Source of the DNA: Hypanus sabinus
Lineage: Eukaryota
NCBI RefSeq assembly: GCF_030144855.1
Contig: NC_082709.1
Coordinates: 128,774,001-128,838,000 of the forward strand
Direction: 5' to 3'
DNA length: 64,000 bases
In this document: positions 26,975 to 39,909 of the stretch, in pieces
How positions within the stretch are numbered: the stretch's first letter is position 1
Layout of the letters: each line of letters opens with the position of its first letter
Made by a program: the position numbers and the translations under genes
Notes under the pieces: model-generated
What the model was told of the DNA's origin: nothing
Database searches by the model: none
What the model saw: the letters and a program-made list of their open reading frames with translations, nothing else

Positions 26975-27069
26975 GTGTTCACTTTGGCAGCACTTTTACT
27001 AAAACTGGAGAAGATTACCTTGGTCCCTGCACAAGGATGACATGCAAATATATGAAACATTGCATATTT
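26975..27069 (+). pseudogene. RNU6: U6 snRNA retro-pseudogene
   Basis: gtgttcactttggcagcac...caaggatgacatgcaaat...catattt; about 78/95 identity to U6 by manual alignment; 10-nt deletion removes most of the ACAGAGA box and the AGC triad is mutated. Confidence 0.9.
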
Positions 27070-27330
27070 AGGATGCTATGGCACCATAGCAGTTAGTGCA
27101 ACACTTTAAAGCATTGGCTGTATGATCGGAGTTCAGTTCCTGGCATAGTCTGCAAGGAGTTTGTGCATTCTCCCCACGACCATGTGGTTTCCTCTGGGTG
27201 CTCCAATTTTCTTCTAAACTCCAGAGACATACTGTTTAGGGTTAGTAAGTTGTGGGCATGCTATGTGACTCCAGAAGCTTGGTGACACTTGCAGGCTGCC
27301 CAGCACAATCCTTGCTGATTTGAGTTGATT
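27070..27330 (+). mobile_element. tRNA-derived V-SINE/HE1-like SINE directly abutting the U6 copy
   Basis: Degenerate A/B boxes, then the V-domain-like core gagtttgtgcattctcccc...ggtttcctctgggtgctcc; followed by a CR1 fragment at 27331-27445. Confidence 0.75.
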
Positions 27331-29145
27331 CAGGCCTTATCAGACATTAGCCTGACTGCATTTGGAGTATCAGCAGTTTTGAACCCATTATCTAAGAAAG
27401 GATGTGCTGGTATCGAAGAGGGTCCAGAAGAGGTTCAAGGAAATGAACCTTTTCTTTGCCAGTTCATATTAATTATCAACATTAAAGATATATTGCAGTA
27501 GATATTTAGTGCAAGATAAGTGCATTAAATATTGAAATTTTTCATTTGAGCCTCTTCTGAAATTACTGCTATTGTGAATTTTGCATTTGAGCCCAGCCTT
27601 GGTTAAGACACTGAGATACTTACTCATAACAACACAGTAGATGACTTGGTCCATTGAGCTTTTGGTTATTGGAATAATCCCACTAAGCACTGAGTTCCCT
27701 GTAACATATTCTCTCTCATATGCCCATTGAGTCTCTCTGATTATCCTCCAACTCACTTACTGTACATTTGGAGTCATTTATAGTAGCCAAGTAACCCAAT
27801 AATATATCTTTAGAATGTGGCGAGAAACTTGAATGGGGAAAACACTGCATTGCAAGGAGAACATGCAATCTCCACTCACAGAGATGGTGCCAGAGGCCAG
27901 CACCAGTTGCTGAGATGGTGAAGCAGCAGTATTCTAATTGCTTTTGATTGTAAGGCAATAAACTAAGGATTTAATGCGAAGATTATTCTTCTTCCTTTTT
28001 TACAATCACTGTTAATCACGAAACACATTCACGCATCTACTTTATTACTTGCGTTAAATCTGGAGATTTTGCTTTCTTCACAGCAAAACAAAAGCTTTTG
28101 GTCCATATGTTTTATAAAATTTTAAGTTCAGAATTGGCATTTGTGCATTGGGACTCAGTACATTATAAGACAAATAACACTGGCCATCTACAAAGGTGAC
28201 TCCAACTAGGAAATACAACTGAAGAACACTTTGCTCTTTTGTTTATCCATAACAAGGGATTAAACAGGATCTAATTGAAATTCTTCGACATCTAAAACTG
28301 CACTTAGAAGTGAACTCATTGGATTTGAAAGGGCTAGAAATAATTATGGTGAACCCTTCTAAGTATATTGCTCTGGAATGAAATATTAGTCCCATGCACA
28401 AGGATATAGATGTACTAGACTAATTATCTTACAAAAAATTCTTGATTCACGCTTGGCACTGGCATCACATATTCATCATTTCTAATGGGCAGGAACAAAA
28501 ATGTTTACCTAAAAAAGATTTTTTAAAATGGTTATGCTTGAATTACCTATTCAAAGCCGTGGAAAATGATTGAGTATGTTTCACTTCAGTTAGTTACCTC
28601 TTTAATCAGATCTCTACTCCTTGTTCCACTATGGGGAAGCTATTCAATAGCAAATGATCATCAAGCCTCATTAAACATTTACCAAAAGAAAAGAATGATT
28701 ACAATATCTTAAGTTCCTTCCGTTCATCAGATTGGTTATACAGTTAAAGTAATTGCATAGGGGTCAGAATGAACCATGGCAGCAGTTTCAGAGTTTATTT
28801 GAAGACAAAAGTTTGAATCAAGTTTGAATGCATTTTTAATATAAAAGTTAGGGAAGAGAATGAACACATTGAAGTTGATGTCCTTTTAATGTTTATGTAG
28901 AATAAATTTATATTTCACAGGTAGAACTGAATAGGTACAAGAGTTTCACCTGTAAGGTGTACAATATTCCATTCTTTTGAATTGTTTGGCAGCTAAATAT
29001 GTATTTACATTATTACGTATCTGTGCCATGAAAATTAGTATAACAAAGCTAAATCCGCCAAAGGCCGCTTTCCAGAAATAAGTATTTAAGACTTTGGACA
29101 AGTTCTCGTATGTAGTCTAAGATGTAGCACAGAAAGAAACCCTAA

Positions 29146-29579
29146 AGCCTGATTTATACTTCTGTGTCGTATCTATGGCATAGGTACCACGTACCCTATG
29201 CTGTAGGGTGACATGAATCTCCCAAAAAAAGCAACTCACACGTCATGGCGACGCAGACTGCAACAACTGTGATTGGTCCACTTGGTAGCATCACATTTCC
29301 TCCTACGCATTTCTGGTTGCTTCTTCTCCACCATGTCTATACACCGTTGCAAAATAGATGAACTAAATCGTCAAATCTACCTGCCGACATCCGAAAATGT
29401 TTGAAATGCATTTCCTCATCCATGTCTTTCATGAAGAAACTCAACACAGTGGCATAGAAACTCCACCGCCAACTAGCGTTTTGGCACAGACCAGCGCATG
29501 CTTGCTACGGCATAGAGCCTACGCAGAAGTGAAAATCAGGGCTATGGCGTAGCCCGTATGCACAAGTATAAATCAGCCT
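29146..29579. mobile_element. PIF/Harbinger-type MITE
   Basis: TIRs agcctgatttatacttctgtgt / atgcacaagtataaatcagcct; flanks taa and tca (TNA-type TSD, one mismatch); extra internal TIR-like copy at 29521-29540. Confidence 0.7.
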
Positions 29580-29649
29580 TCAGGCTCGTCAAGTCCACAC
29601 CAAGTTACACTAATCCTATGTAGATCACATTCTTGTTATTCTCCCCATT

Positions 29650-30000
29650 GTCAGAATCAGAATCAGGTTTATTATCACCGGTATGTGACGTGAGATTTGT
29701 TAACTCAGCAGCAGCAGTTCAATGCAATACATAATCTAGCAGAGAGAAAAAAAGTAACAAATAAAATAAAACGTAATAAATGAACAAGTAAATCAATTAC
29801 ATATATTGAATGGATTTTTAAAAATGTGCAAAAACAGAAATAATGTATATTTAAAAAAGTGAGGTAGTGTCAAATCTTCAATGTCGATTTAGGAATCAGA
29901 TGGCAGAGGGGAAGAAGCTGATCCTGAATCACTGAGTGTGTGCCGTTAGGCTTCTGTATCTCCATCCTGATGGTAACAGTGAGAAAAGGGGCATGCCTTT
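29650..30000 (-). mobile_element. Rex-Babar-type LINE 3' end
   Basis: (agaatc)n tail plus atggcagaggggaagaagctg; a related + strand tail lies at ~30080-30350. Confidence 0.6.
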
Positions 30001-32558
30001 TGAAGATTAGTCTCTTGAGTTACCCCAGACTTAACCATTCATCTGCACATTCAAGTAAGTTTACAGTGGACAACCAATGACCATCCCTCTGCTCAGAACT
30101 ACCATCAAGGAAGGAGGCATGTGAGCCTGTAGAGGCAGACTCAGTGTTTTAGGAACAGTTTCATCAAGTTTCTGAACAGTCTCCTACCCAAATGATCACT
30201 TCCTCACTATTTTTGCTTTCTTTTTCCACTACAGATTTATTTTTTCTGCATAGTTCTGTAATTTTAGCATATTTCATGTATTGAACTGTACTCTAGGTCC
30301 AAAACAAGTTTCATGACATGTCACAGTGAGAATAAACCTGATTCTGATGTCTTTGGAAGGTGTGTGGGGTGGGGGGGGGGGGGAGAGAACAGGAGCTCTT
30401 AGTGTGAATGCACATGGTCACAAGGGAAATATGCAAACTTGACAAAAACAGCACCAGAGGTCATGATTGAACCCAGATCTCTGGCACAGTGAGGCAGCCC
30501 CTCTACGAGCTGTGTGACTGAGGAGTAGCACAGATGGGAATTTGAAAGGGCAAAGTTCCACCTTTGGTGATCTCCTGATTGTAGGTGTTGTGAGAAGCCA
30601 TTTTCTACCAGTCTCTGGCTTTGGTGCATTACAGAGAAACAGCTCAAAGCCTGAACAGCCCCGTCCAGCTAGATAATGATAGATAGCCATAAGAAGAGGA
30701 TGTCATGGTTATCTATAGAAAAGATGGCAATTAGGAAGATGAGAAATCTTACCATAGTAACTGTCACAATGATGGTCATTGTGAATTGTGACAAGGTTGG
30801 ATTTGGGTGTATTATAGAATTCAACTCAAAAAACTTGAATTTGACAACAAGTTTTATGTTTTGGTGTATTTAAGAAGCTGCCATGCAAAATTCTTTGTCT
30901 TAGCTAATCTTGGACATGTGGACAGTTAGCAACAACTCTCCCTCATCAGCTTTAGTGTTGCTGAATATGGCCTCCTCGTACATAAATTGAAATTACGTGG
31001 CACAAGGGAATGTTGAGTTAGCCATTTGTACGACACACTTAACTATCCTTTTGGACCTCTCCTATGACTCAACACATGGTTCAAGAACCCATTTTTGGTC
31101 TTTAGTTGATTTCAGCTGAGAGTGGAGTGGAATACTAACATTACCTTGGACCATATTTTTTATCTTTCAATGCCACTAATATTATTGTGTTAATTCAGTT
31201 GTGTAAGTTATGCATAATTAATGTTAACTTAGGTTTACGTTTACCTAAGTTTGTCCTGTTCGTAATGCACAGTGCTGCTGCTGTAAAAAGCCAGCTTTTC
31301 TGGCATTTGTACCCTGGGTATGTAAGCCTGTGACAATAAAGTTGCAAAGCATATGTGAAGCAAGTAGCCCATTTAGGATCCAAAGACAAGGCCTTTGTCC
31401 TTTTACAGAATTGTGCATTCTGTAAATGGGCAATTCTGAACAGGATTTGCTTATGTATTGATAATATATCCATGCCCAAATGGGAAATCAAACCATCTCT
31501 GCACTTAATTGGGGTAACCTAGATAACTTCTTCACAGTTTGCTCATAATACATGTATGATGGAGAGACATCAAAGTCCCTCTACAAAAATGGGCTTGAAC
31601 TTAGATTGTTAATTTGTTGTATATAAGCAAGAAGATGGAGATACAGAAATCAGATCGTTGCAGTTTAAATATCGAATGAAATATGGAATTGGAACCATGA
31701 ATTTGCTTGGCTACAACCCATGCACAAGCTTTGCGAAAGACAGAAGTAATTGGAAATTCAAATTGTGATTCTGGTTGATTGATTTATTTATCGAGATACA
31801 GTGTGGCCCTTCCAGCCCTTTGAGCTGCACCGCCTAGCAATTCCAGTTCAAACCCTTGTCTAATCATGGAACAATTTACAATGACCAGTTAACCCAGGGG
31901 TGGGCAAACTTTTTGACTTGTGGGCCACAAAGGGTTCTAAAATTTGACAGAGGGGCCGGACCAGGAGCAGATGGATGGAGTGTTTTGGTAATACACCTCA
32001 TAAGAGAAAATAAAATATCATGGGATATGTAGAAAACATGTGCTTTAATTTCAATTGAAAATGAACAAATGCATTACAACAAAATATCTGTCTTTGAAGT
32101 CCCATGGTATTTAGCTATTTATTTAAATGACTTTTAAAACACTGAAAATTAAATGAATAAAATACAGCTTTTTTTAATAGTAACAGTTATTATTTTAAAG
32201 CACTGAAAATTCTGTTATCCTTCAAGATATTATCATCATCACTCTCCTCCTGCCTCTCTTTATTTCAAAAACGGTAGGAGATGCAGGTCTACTTTTCCTG
32301 CTCCTTCTTATTCAATTGTCCCCTGTGCCAAAACTCAACAACGACCAGCACAAGGACAGAACAGTGACAGCGCGCCAGTATGCAGAGCGCGTTATTTGAA
32401 CTGGAGCGCATTTTTTTTATTCTGAGAACGTACGTGCACCTGCGCACTACTCATGTCCATCACTTAACAGAAATGACATGTAACATGTAAGGCTTATTGA
32501 AAAAAATATTTTCAAATGCATTTTTTACATAACACAACGAAGAAACTTATTTTTAATT

Positions 32559-32741
32559 TCAGTGGGAACAGTGTTGTTGGTCTCCCTTTTTAGCCAGCGC
32601 ATCAAAGTCTGGATTTAGTTTTGTTGTGGCGATTCTCAGGATGGATCTGAGGTGTTGGTCAGTTAACTTGGATCTGTGGCTGGCTTTGTTGATGTTCATG
32701 ACGCTGAACGACTGTTCACACAAATAGGTCGAGCCGAACAA
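32559..32741 (-). pseudogene. hAT transposase C-terminal dimerization-domain remnant
   Basis: FGSTYLCEQSFSVMNINKASHRSKLTDQHLRSILRI, a Buster/Charlie/GTF2IRD2-type motif. Confidence 0.85.
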
Positions 32742-32793
32742 AGAGTAAAGCGCAAATGTGAAGTAATACGCTGCACCTCAACAAAGGTCAATG

Positions 32794-33029
32794 TGTAGCG
32801 GTGTGCTACATGCAACGCTAAAATTACGACACGGAGTCGGTAACTGCAGTCGAAGAAAAAAACTTTATTCGAAATCCCCAGCCTCACTTTTAAGCCTCCC
32901 TCAACCTGCCCCCCGTGGCGTAGAGGCTCCAAAGCTCTGTGCTCGCAAATCCCCGCAGGCTATCTCCCTTAGCCGGAACGCTGGCTAATTGTGAGCCAGT
33001 TCGGATGTGCCAGGAAATGGGTTGCCACA
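32794..33029 (-). mobile_element. Short solo LTR (236 bp) inside the hAT element
   Basis: Minus-strand termini TGTGGC...GCTACA, internal AATAAA, 4-bp TSD aatg (32790-32793, 33030-33033). Confidence 0.7.
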
Positions 33030-33309
33030 AATGTATATAGAGTGCGTCATCTATTGGGAAAACGCCAGAATTGCGGGGAAAAAACGTTAACAAGGTTTAT
33101 TAATATAATTTCATCAAGTTCTGCAGGCCGGATTAAAAAGCTTAACGGGCCGCATATGGCCCACGGGCTGTAGTTTGCCCATGCCTGAGTTAACCTACCA
33201 AAGGGACATCTTTGTGCTGTGGGAGGAAACTGGAACACCTGGAGGAAACCCATGCGGTCATGGGGAGAACATACAGACTTCTCACAGGCAGCAGTAGGAA
33301 TTGAACCCA

Positions 33310-33515
33310 GAAGAACTCAGCAGGTCAGGCAGCATCCGTGAGAAAAGAGTAGCCAAAGTTTCAGGCCGAGACCCTTCATCAGGATCCTGATGAAGGGTTT
33401 CGGCCCAAAACGTTGGCTACTCTTTTCTCACGGTTGCTGCCTGACCTGCTGAGTTCTTCCAGCGTCATGTACGTATTCTTTGATCCACAGCATCTGCAGT
33501 TGTATTTTTGGGTTG
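33310..33515. mobile_element. Palindromic PLE mini-insertion with two back-to-back hammerhead motifs and 13-bp TSD
   Basis: Near-perfect palindrome centred on ggatcc (33382-33387); TSD ggaattgaaccca at 33297-33309 and 33516-33528. Confidence 0.88.
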
Positions 33516-35019
33516 GGAATTGAACCCATGTCACCTGCACTGTAACCACAATGGTAATGTGTAGTCCTAATAACTGATTAATATTAATTGCTAATAATAT
33601 TAATTGATTAATATTAATTGATCCTAAATAATTGATAATTATGTGTGAATTATCAGTTTATTTATATAAAGTATGATTAATCTGTTGTAATCAAATCCTT
33701 GAATATTTTTTCATAAACTTGGTGAGATATTTGAAGCAGTTTCTTAGGAGAAGATTTATTATGTAAAAGAGAAAAGGGTAATGAGATGGGAAGCCAGGCT
33801 CAGAGAGCCAATGCTCATGTGGTAACCCAAATGCATGAGCCTTGTGCGTTAAAATTCTATGAATCATTAATTGCATGATGTGAATTCATGGGGATCCCTC
33901 AGTAACCAGAGATTAACAAAATTAGTTTATAAATTAAAATGGAATATTGACAGTTTTTGAGAGAAAAAAGTGGAAGTGGGTATTTGTGGTTTGAATTTGG
34001 TGAATTTTATTTTTGTTTAAAACTGAATCCCATCTAGAATGTTGCTTCTCAAACATTCAGAATGTACTTGTCCGTCATTTCTAAATCTCTGCTCATAAGC
34101 ATACAATAGTCCTATTCGTCCAAAAACAAAACATGTTTTGAACACTAAGTTTCCTTGCAGCTTCACATGGATAAAGATTGTATCATGTGACAGTCAGAGG
34201 CTAACTTCTGTTTCACATCATGTTCAGGTCATTTTTGAGCAGATATTTCAGAATTGTTCTTGCAGATTTTGTAGATAACTCAGTCTTCAGGCAATCCAAA
34301 CCATATTCTAGCACTTCTTTGTAATCTGCCCCCCTCCTCAACCACATATGGTGGCAGTTGTTTCTGCTTTCCAAAGCAGGTTAAGCAGCATTTATGAAAA
34401 AAGAAACTGTTACCATTTCAGGTCAAAAATGCTTTGTTGGTTATTTTTAAACACTACATCATTGGGGTTTGAGGATTCCAGTAGCAGGAGTCATATTTGG
34501 AAACGTGCTCATTTACAACTCAAATATAGAAGCCCAGCAAGGACTATTCCCTTTAGGAACGTACTTGTAATTTGTTTAAGAATATCCAGCAGCTAAATGT
34601 ATCCTAATTTCACTGTAAATAATTAACTAGTAATCAGGGCAAAGAGGACCAGACCTTCCCTGGAGGAATTCCAGAGTAACCCAAGTTAATCTCAATTGAG
34701 AGCATCTTTAGTAAATTATTTTACAATTTTAACTGAGAAAATATTTTTTTATACAGTACTTAAGGTCACATGTTTATGTAAAGTACAACTTGACAGTATG
34801 CCTGGATTTTGTTTTAACAGAGTGGCATTCAAGCATTTTGAATGGGAAGGAGAATGGAGATGTCAGAATGTACTTTGCTGTTTCTCAAATCTATTGCTCC
34901 CTTGGTCAAGAGTTTAGAGTACAGAAAAAATAAGTTCACTGACCAGGGCACACAAACTCATCTGCTGAACTTCCCCTCATTTTTTTCCTCCCAAACCAAT
35001 CCACAGGGCCCCCAGCGAG

Positions 35020-36125
35020 TTCTCTCTCTTCATAAACCAAAACTTGATCAAGTTCGAGATAACTTTAGTCTAGAAGTTTTAAGCTTCAAGACCTGCACCT
35101 TGAAAACTCTCTCTGCAGTGAAACTCAGCTTCCTCATCAACTGATCTCAATCAGCAAGATTTGGTAAGAACATCTCCTGCTATCTGATGACCAACAGAGA
35201 TGCACCTCAAAGCTGTATGATTAGACTCACTGTCTATACACACACATAATTGCATCTCTAAGCTTAGCTCCAATGCCATCTTCAAATTTGTTGAACAAAT
35301 GGCAGGTGGCAGTGAGTCAGCGTGAGATAGGACACTTGATTGACTGGTACCACAACAACAATCTCTTGGACAAAATCAGCAAAACCAACTAGTTGATTGT
35401 TGACTTCAGGAAGGGGGAGGAAGGCAAATGTGAACCAGACGACATTGGGTGTTGGCAGCGTAGAGAGTCAGCAGCTTTAAATTCCTAGTCATTAAAGTAC
35501 TGGATGACCTGTCCTGGACCCAGAACATGCATGCATTCATAACAAAAAATCGCCAGTGTCTTTAATTTCTAAGGATGTTGGAGTTTCCCTGTCTTCAGAT
35601 ATCCCAACAAATGTCTTCAGATGTACTTTTGAATGTATCCTGACGAGCTGCATCATGGTGTGGTATGATAAATCGAATGCTCTGAACAATATATCACAAG
35701 CACATCCCTCCCCACCATTAGTAGCATCTACAGGAGACACAGACTCGAGGAAGTAACATCTATCGTCAAAGAGCCCCATCATCCAGGCCATGCAGCTGCC
35801 ATCGGACAGGAGGTATGGAAGCATGAAGCCTCACATCACTGAGTTCAAAAACAGCAACTTTCCTTCAGTCAACTGGGAAAACTCCGATCACTACCACGGT
35901 ATAGCAACACTGTGATCACTTTTCACGAAAATGGAACTTTTAATTTTTGTTCCAATTGAGTTCATTCTTGTAAGGATTGCCTATGATTTACATTTAATTT
36001 GTTTTTTCTTGTGAATGATGCTTATCTGATACTATGTTCTGGTGATGCTGCCGCAAGTACTGTATGCTTGCCACTCCAACAATGCATTCATGTTCCTGTG
36101 CATATGACAATAAACTTACTTTGAC
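35020..36125 (+). mobile_element. Decayed Rex-Babar-type LINE fragment
   Basis: ttgattgttgacttcaggaag and agctttaaattccta motifs; tail catatgacaataaac. Confidence 0.6.
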
Positions 36126-36376
36126 CTTATGTTGATGGTCAGGGACTGTTGAAGTGTTTTTCAGGATTCAAATCTACAGTCAGTGGGAGAGACACAGTTC
36201 GAAAATACCTTTTTTTCTGACAATGAGAACAGGTTGTTATCGACTGCTTGATTTATTGTGATTTTCTGGATCCACACAGCAGTATGAGTTAGTGGTGTCA
36301 GATCCATTCATTCTGATCAGTTTTCACAAATTTACTTTAGTCTCTCTAGTTTCTTCTCAATTTGACTCCTTAAAAT

Positions 36377-36586
36377 TGTCAAATGATGCAAGCTGAATCA
36401 TCTATCGCTCATCATCAGTAAGACAAAGGAGATGGTGACAGACTTTGGGCAGATTAAGCCTTCTCTACTTCCTGTTAATATTGATGGTGGGGTTGTGGAT
36501 GTGATGAGGACCTACAACTACTTGGGGGTGCATCTGGATGACAGACTTGAGTGGAGCACCAACACAGGGCTGTGACTCTTGCTTCT
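36377..36586 (+). mobile_element. Rex-Babar-type LINE, left half (interrupted by CR1)
   Basis: Matches the reverse complement of ~25450-25660 (catctggatgacagacttgagtgg); continues at ~44921. Confidence 0.8.
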
Positions 36587-39500
36587 GCAATTCTGTGGAC
36601 ACAGGAAAGAAACATGGATGGTTATTTGCCTCCCAGGTGCCAGGGTCCGGAATGCTTCTGATCGTGTCCATGATATCTTGAGGTGGAAAGGTGAACAGCC
36701 AGATGTCCCGAAAGCAGACTACACAGAGTTAGGAAAGAAGCTGAGAAGCAGGACCACAACGGTAGTAACCTCGGGATTACTGCCTGTGCCACGTGACAGT
36801 GAGTATAGGAGTAGAGTTAGATGGAGGATAAACGTGTGGCTGAGGGATAGGAGCAAGGGACAGGGATTCAGATTTCTGGATCATTGAGAGCTCTTTTGGG
36901 GCAGGTATGACCTGCACAAAAAGGACGGGTTGCACTTGAATCCGAGAGGGCCAATATCCTGGCAGGGAGGTTTGCTAAGGCAATTGGGGAGAGTTTAAAC
37001 TAGAATGGCTGGGGGGTGGGAACCGCACTGAAGAGACGGAGGAAGGGGCGATTGGCACACAAATAGAGGAAGCTTGTAGGCAGTGTGGGAAGGAGGACAG
37101 GCAAGTGATAGAGACGAGATGCACTCGGACTGATGGTTTGAGATTTGTCTATTTTAATGCAAGGATGAGAGAGTGTGGATCAGTACTTGGAGCTATGATG
37201 TTGTGGCTATTACAGAGACTTGGATGGCTCAGGAGCAGGAATGGCTACTTCGAGTGCCAGTCTTTAGATGTTTCAGAAAGGACAGGGAGGGAGGCAAAAG
37301 AGGTGGGGGGGGGGGCGTAGCACTGCTGGTCAGAGATAGTGTCACGGCTGCAGAAAAGGAGGAAGTCATGGAGGGGTTGTCTATGGTGTCTCTGTAGGTG
37401 GAAGTTAGGAATAGGAAGGGATCAATAACTCTACTGGGTGTTTTTGTAGACCACCCAATAGTAACAGGGACATCTAGCGGCAGATAGGGAGACAGATTCT
37501 GGAGCGGTGCAATAATAACAGGGTTGTCGTGATGGGAGATTTTTATTTCCCCAGTGTTGATTGGCATCTCCTTAAAGCAACGGGTTTAGATTGGGTAGAG
37601 TTTGGTAGGTGTGTTCAGGAAGGTTTCCTGACACAATATGTAGACAAGCCTACAAGAGAAGAGGCTGTTCTTGATCTGGTATTGGGAAATGAACCTGGTC
37701 AGGTGTCAGGTCTCTCAGTGGGAGAGCATTTTGCATTTTGGAGACAGTGAACTTTATCTCCTTTACCATAGCGTTGGAGAGAGGTAGGAGCAGACAAGTC
37801 AGGAAAACGTTTAATTGAAGTAGGGAGAAATATGAAGCTATCAGGCAGGAACTTGGAAGCATAAATTGGGAGCAGACATTCTCAGGGAACATATGGCAGA
37901 AATGTGGTAAATATTCAGGGGATATTTGCGTGGCATTCTGCATAGGTACGTTCCAATCACACAGGGAATGGATGGTAGGGTAAAGGAACCATGGTGTACA
38001 AAGGCTATTGAAAATCTAGTCAAGAAGAAAAGAAAAGCTTACAAAAGGTTCAAAAAAACTAGGTAATGATAGAGATCTAGAAAATCATAAGGCTAGCAGG
38101 AAGGAGCTTAAGAATGAAATTATGAGAGCCAGTAAGGGCCATGAGAAGGCCTTGGTGAGCAGGATTAAGGAAAACCCCAAGGCATTCTACAAGTAGGTGA
38201 AGTGCAAGAGGATAAGATGTGAGAGAATAGAACCATTTAAGTGCAACAGTGGAAAAGTGTATGGAACCAGAGGAGGTAGTGGAGGTACATAATGAATACT
38301 TTGCTTCAGTATTCACTATGGAAAAGGACCTTGGCGAATGCAGGGCTGACTTATAGTGGACTGAAAAGCTTGAGCATATAGATATTAAGAAAGAGGATGT
38401 GCTGGGGCTTCTGGGAAGCATCAAGTTGGATAAGTCACTGGGACTGGATGAGATGTACCCCAGGCTACTGTGGGAGGTGAGGAAGGAGATTGCTGAGCCT
38501 CTGGCAATGATCTTTGCATCATCAATGGGGATGGAAGAGTTTCTGGAGGATTGAAGGGTTGCAAATGTTGATCCTTTTATTCAAGAAATGGAGCAGAGAT
38601 AGCCCAGGAAATTATAGACCAATAAGTCTTACTTCAGCATGGCTTCATCAAAGACTTTACGAGCCTGATTGAATTTTTTGAGGATGTGATTTAACACACT
38701 GATGAAGGTAGAGCTGTAGATGAAGGTAGATGTAGTGTATATGGATTTCAGCAAGGCATTTAATAAGGTACCCCATGCTAAGCTTATTGAGAAAGTAAGG
38801 AGGCATGGGATCTAAGGGGACCTTACTTAGTGGATCCAGAATTGGCTTGCACACAAAAGGCAATGTGTGGTTGTAGACAGGTCATATTTTGCATGGAGGT
38901 CAGTGACCAGTTGTGAGCCTCAGGGATCTGCTCTGGGACCCCTTCTCTTTGTGATTTTTATAAATGACTTGGATGAACAAGTGGAGGGATGGGTTTGTAA
39001 ATTTGCTGATGACACAAAGGTTGGGGGTGTTGTGGATAGTGTGGAGGGCTGTCGGAGGTTACAGTGGGACATCAATAGGATGCAAAACTGGGCTGAGAAG
39101 TGGCAGATGGAGTTCAACCCAGATAAGCGTGAGGCGATTCATTTTGGTAGATCAAATATGATGACAGAATATAGCATTAATGGTAAGACTCTTGGCAATG
39201 TGAAGGATCAGAGGAATCTTGGGGTCTAAGTCCATAGGACACCCAAAGCTGCTGCGCAGGTTGATTCTGTGGTTAAGAAAGCAGATGGTGCATTGGCCTT
39301 CATCAACCATGGGTTTGACTTCAAAAGCCGAGAGGTAATGTTACAGCTATATAGGACCCTGTTCAGACCACAGTTGGAGTACTGTGTTCAGTTCTGGTCA
39401 CCTCACTATAGGAAACTATAGAAATGGTGCAGAGAATATTTACAAGGATGTTGCCTTATGAGAATAGGTTGAGTGAACTTGGCCTTTCCTCCTTGGAGCA

Positions 39501-39909
39501 ATGGAGGATGAGAGATGACCTCATAGAGGTGTATAAGATGATGAGAGGCCTTGATACTGTGGATTATCACAGGCTTTTTCCCAGGACTGAAATGGCTGAC
39601 ATGAGAGCGCACAGTTTTAAAGTGCTTCAAAGTAGGTTGAGAGGAGATTTCAAGGGTAAGTTTTTTACGCAGAGTGTGGTGAGTGCATGGAATGGGCCTC
39701 CAGCAACGGTGGAGGCAGATACATTAGGGTCTTTTAAAAGATTCTTGGATAGGTACATGGTATTTAGAAAAAAAGAGGGCTCTTTTTCCTCGGTAATTTC
39801 TTGGTAATTAAAATGAAAACCCTCGGTAATTTCTAAAGTAGGTACATGCTCGGCACAGCATTGTGGGCCAAAGGGCCTGTATTGTGCTGTAGGTTTTCCG
39901 TGTTTCTTT
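36587..39909 (+). mobile_element. CR1 LINE, 5'-truncated: ORF1 esterase end plus ORF2 APE/RT, pseudogenised
   Basis: ICLPGARVRNASDR (CR1 ORF1 SGNH-like), YDVVAITETW and MGDFYFP (APE), PQGSALGPLLFVIFIND and KFADDTK (RT); many stops; 3' tail tgtgctgtaggttttc interrupted by LTR element 1. Confidence 0.92.

Larger units (their letters stand above)
31895..33187 (-). mobile_element. Non-autonomous hAT (Charlie/Buster group) DNA transposon
   Basis: TIRs CAGGGGTGGGCAAACT / CAGGCATGGGCAAACT; 8-bp TSD agttaacc (31887-31894, 33188-33195). Confidence 0.92.
31780..33560 (-). mobile_element. V-SINE/HE1-like SINE split by a hAT element and a PLE palindrome
   Basis: Segments 31780-31894, 33188-33309 and 33516-33560 join into one SINE like the copy at 23150-23430. 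Confidence 0.75.

Noticed and set aside
26975-27069. Functional U6 gene
   Set aside because: ACAGAGA box largely deleted, AGC triad mutated, about 18% substitutions, and no clear upstream PSE recognised.
33570-33640. AT-rich quasi-palindromic repeats (attaatattaattg)
   Set aside because: Low-complexity slippage product with no further structure.
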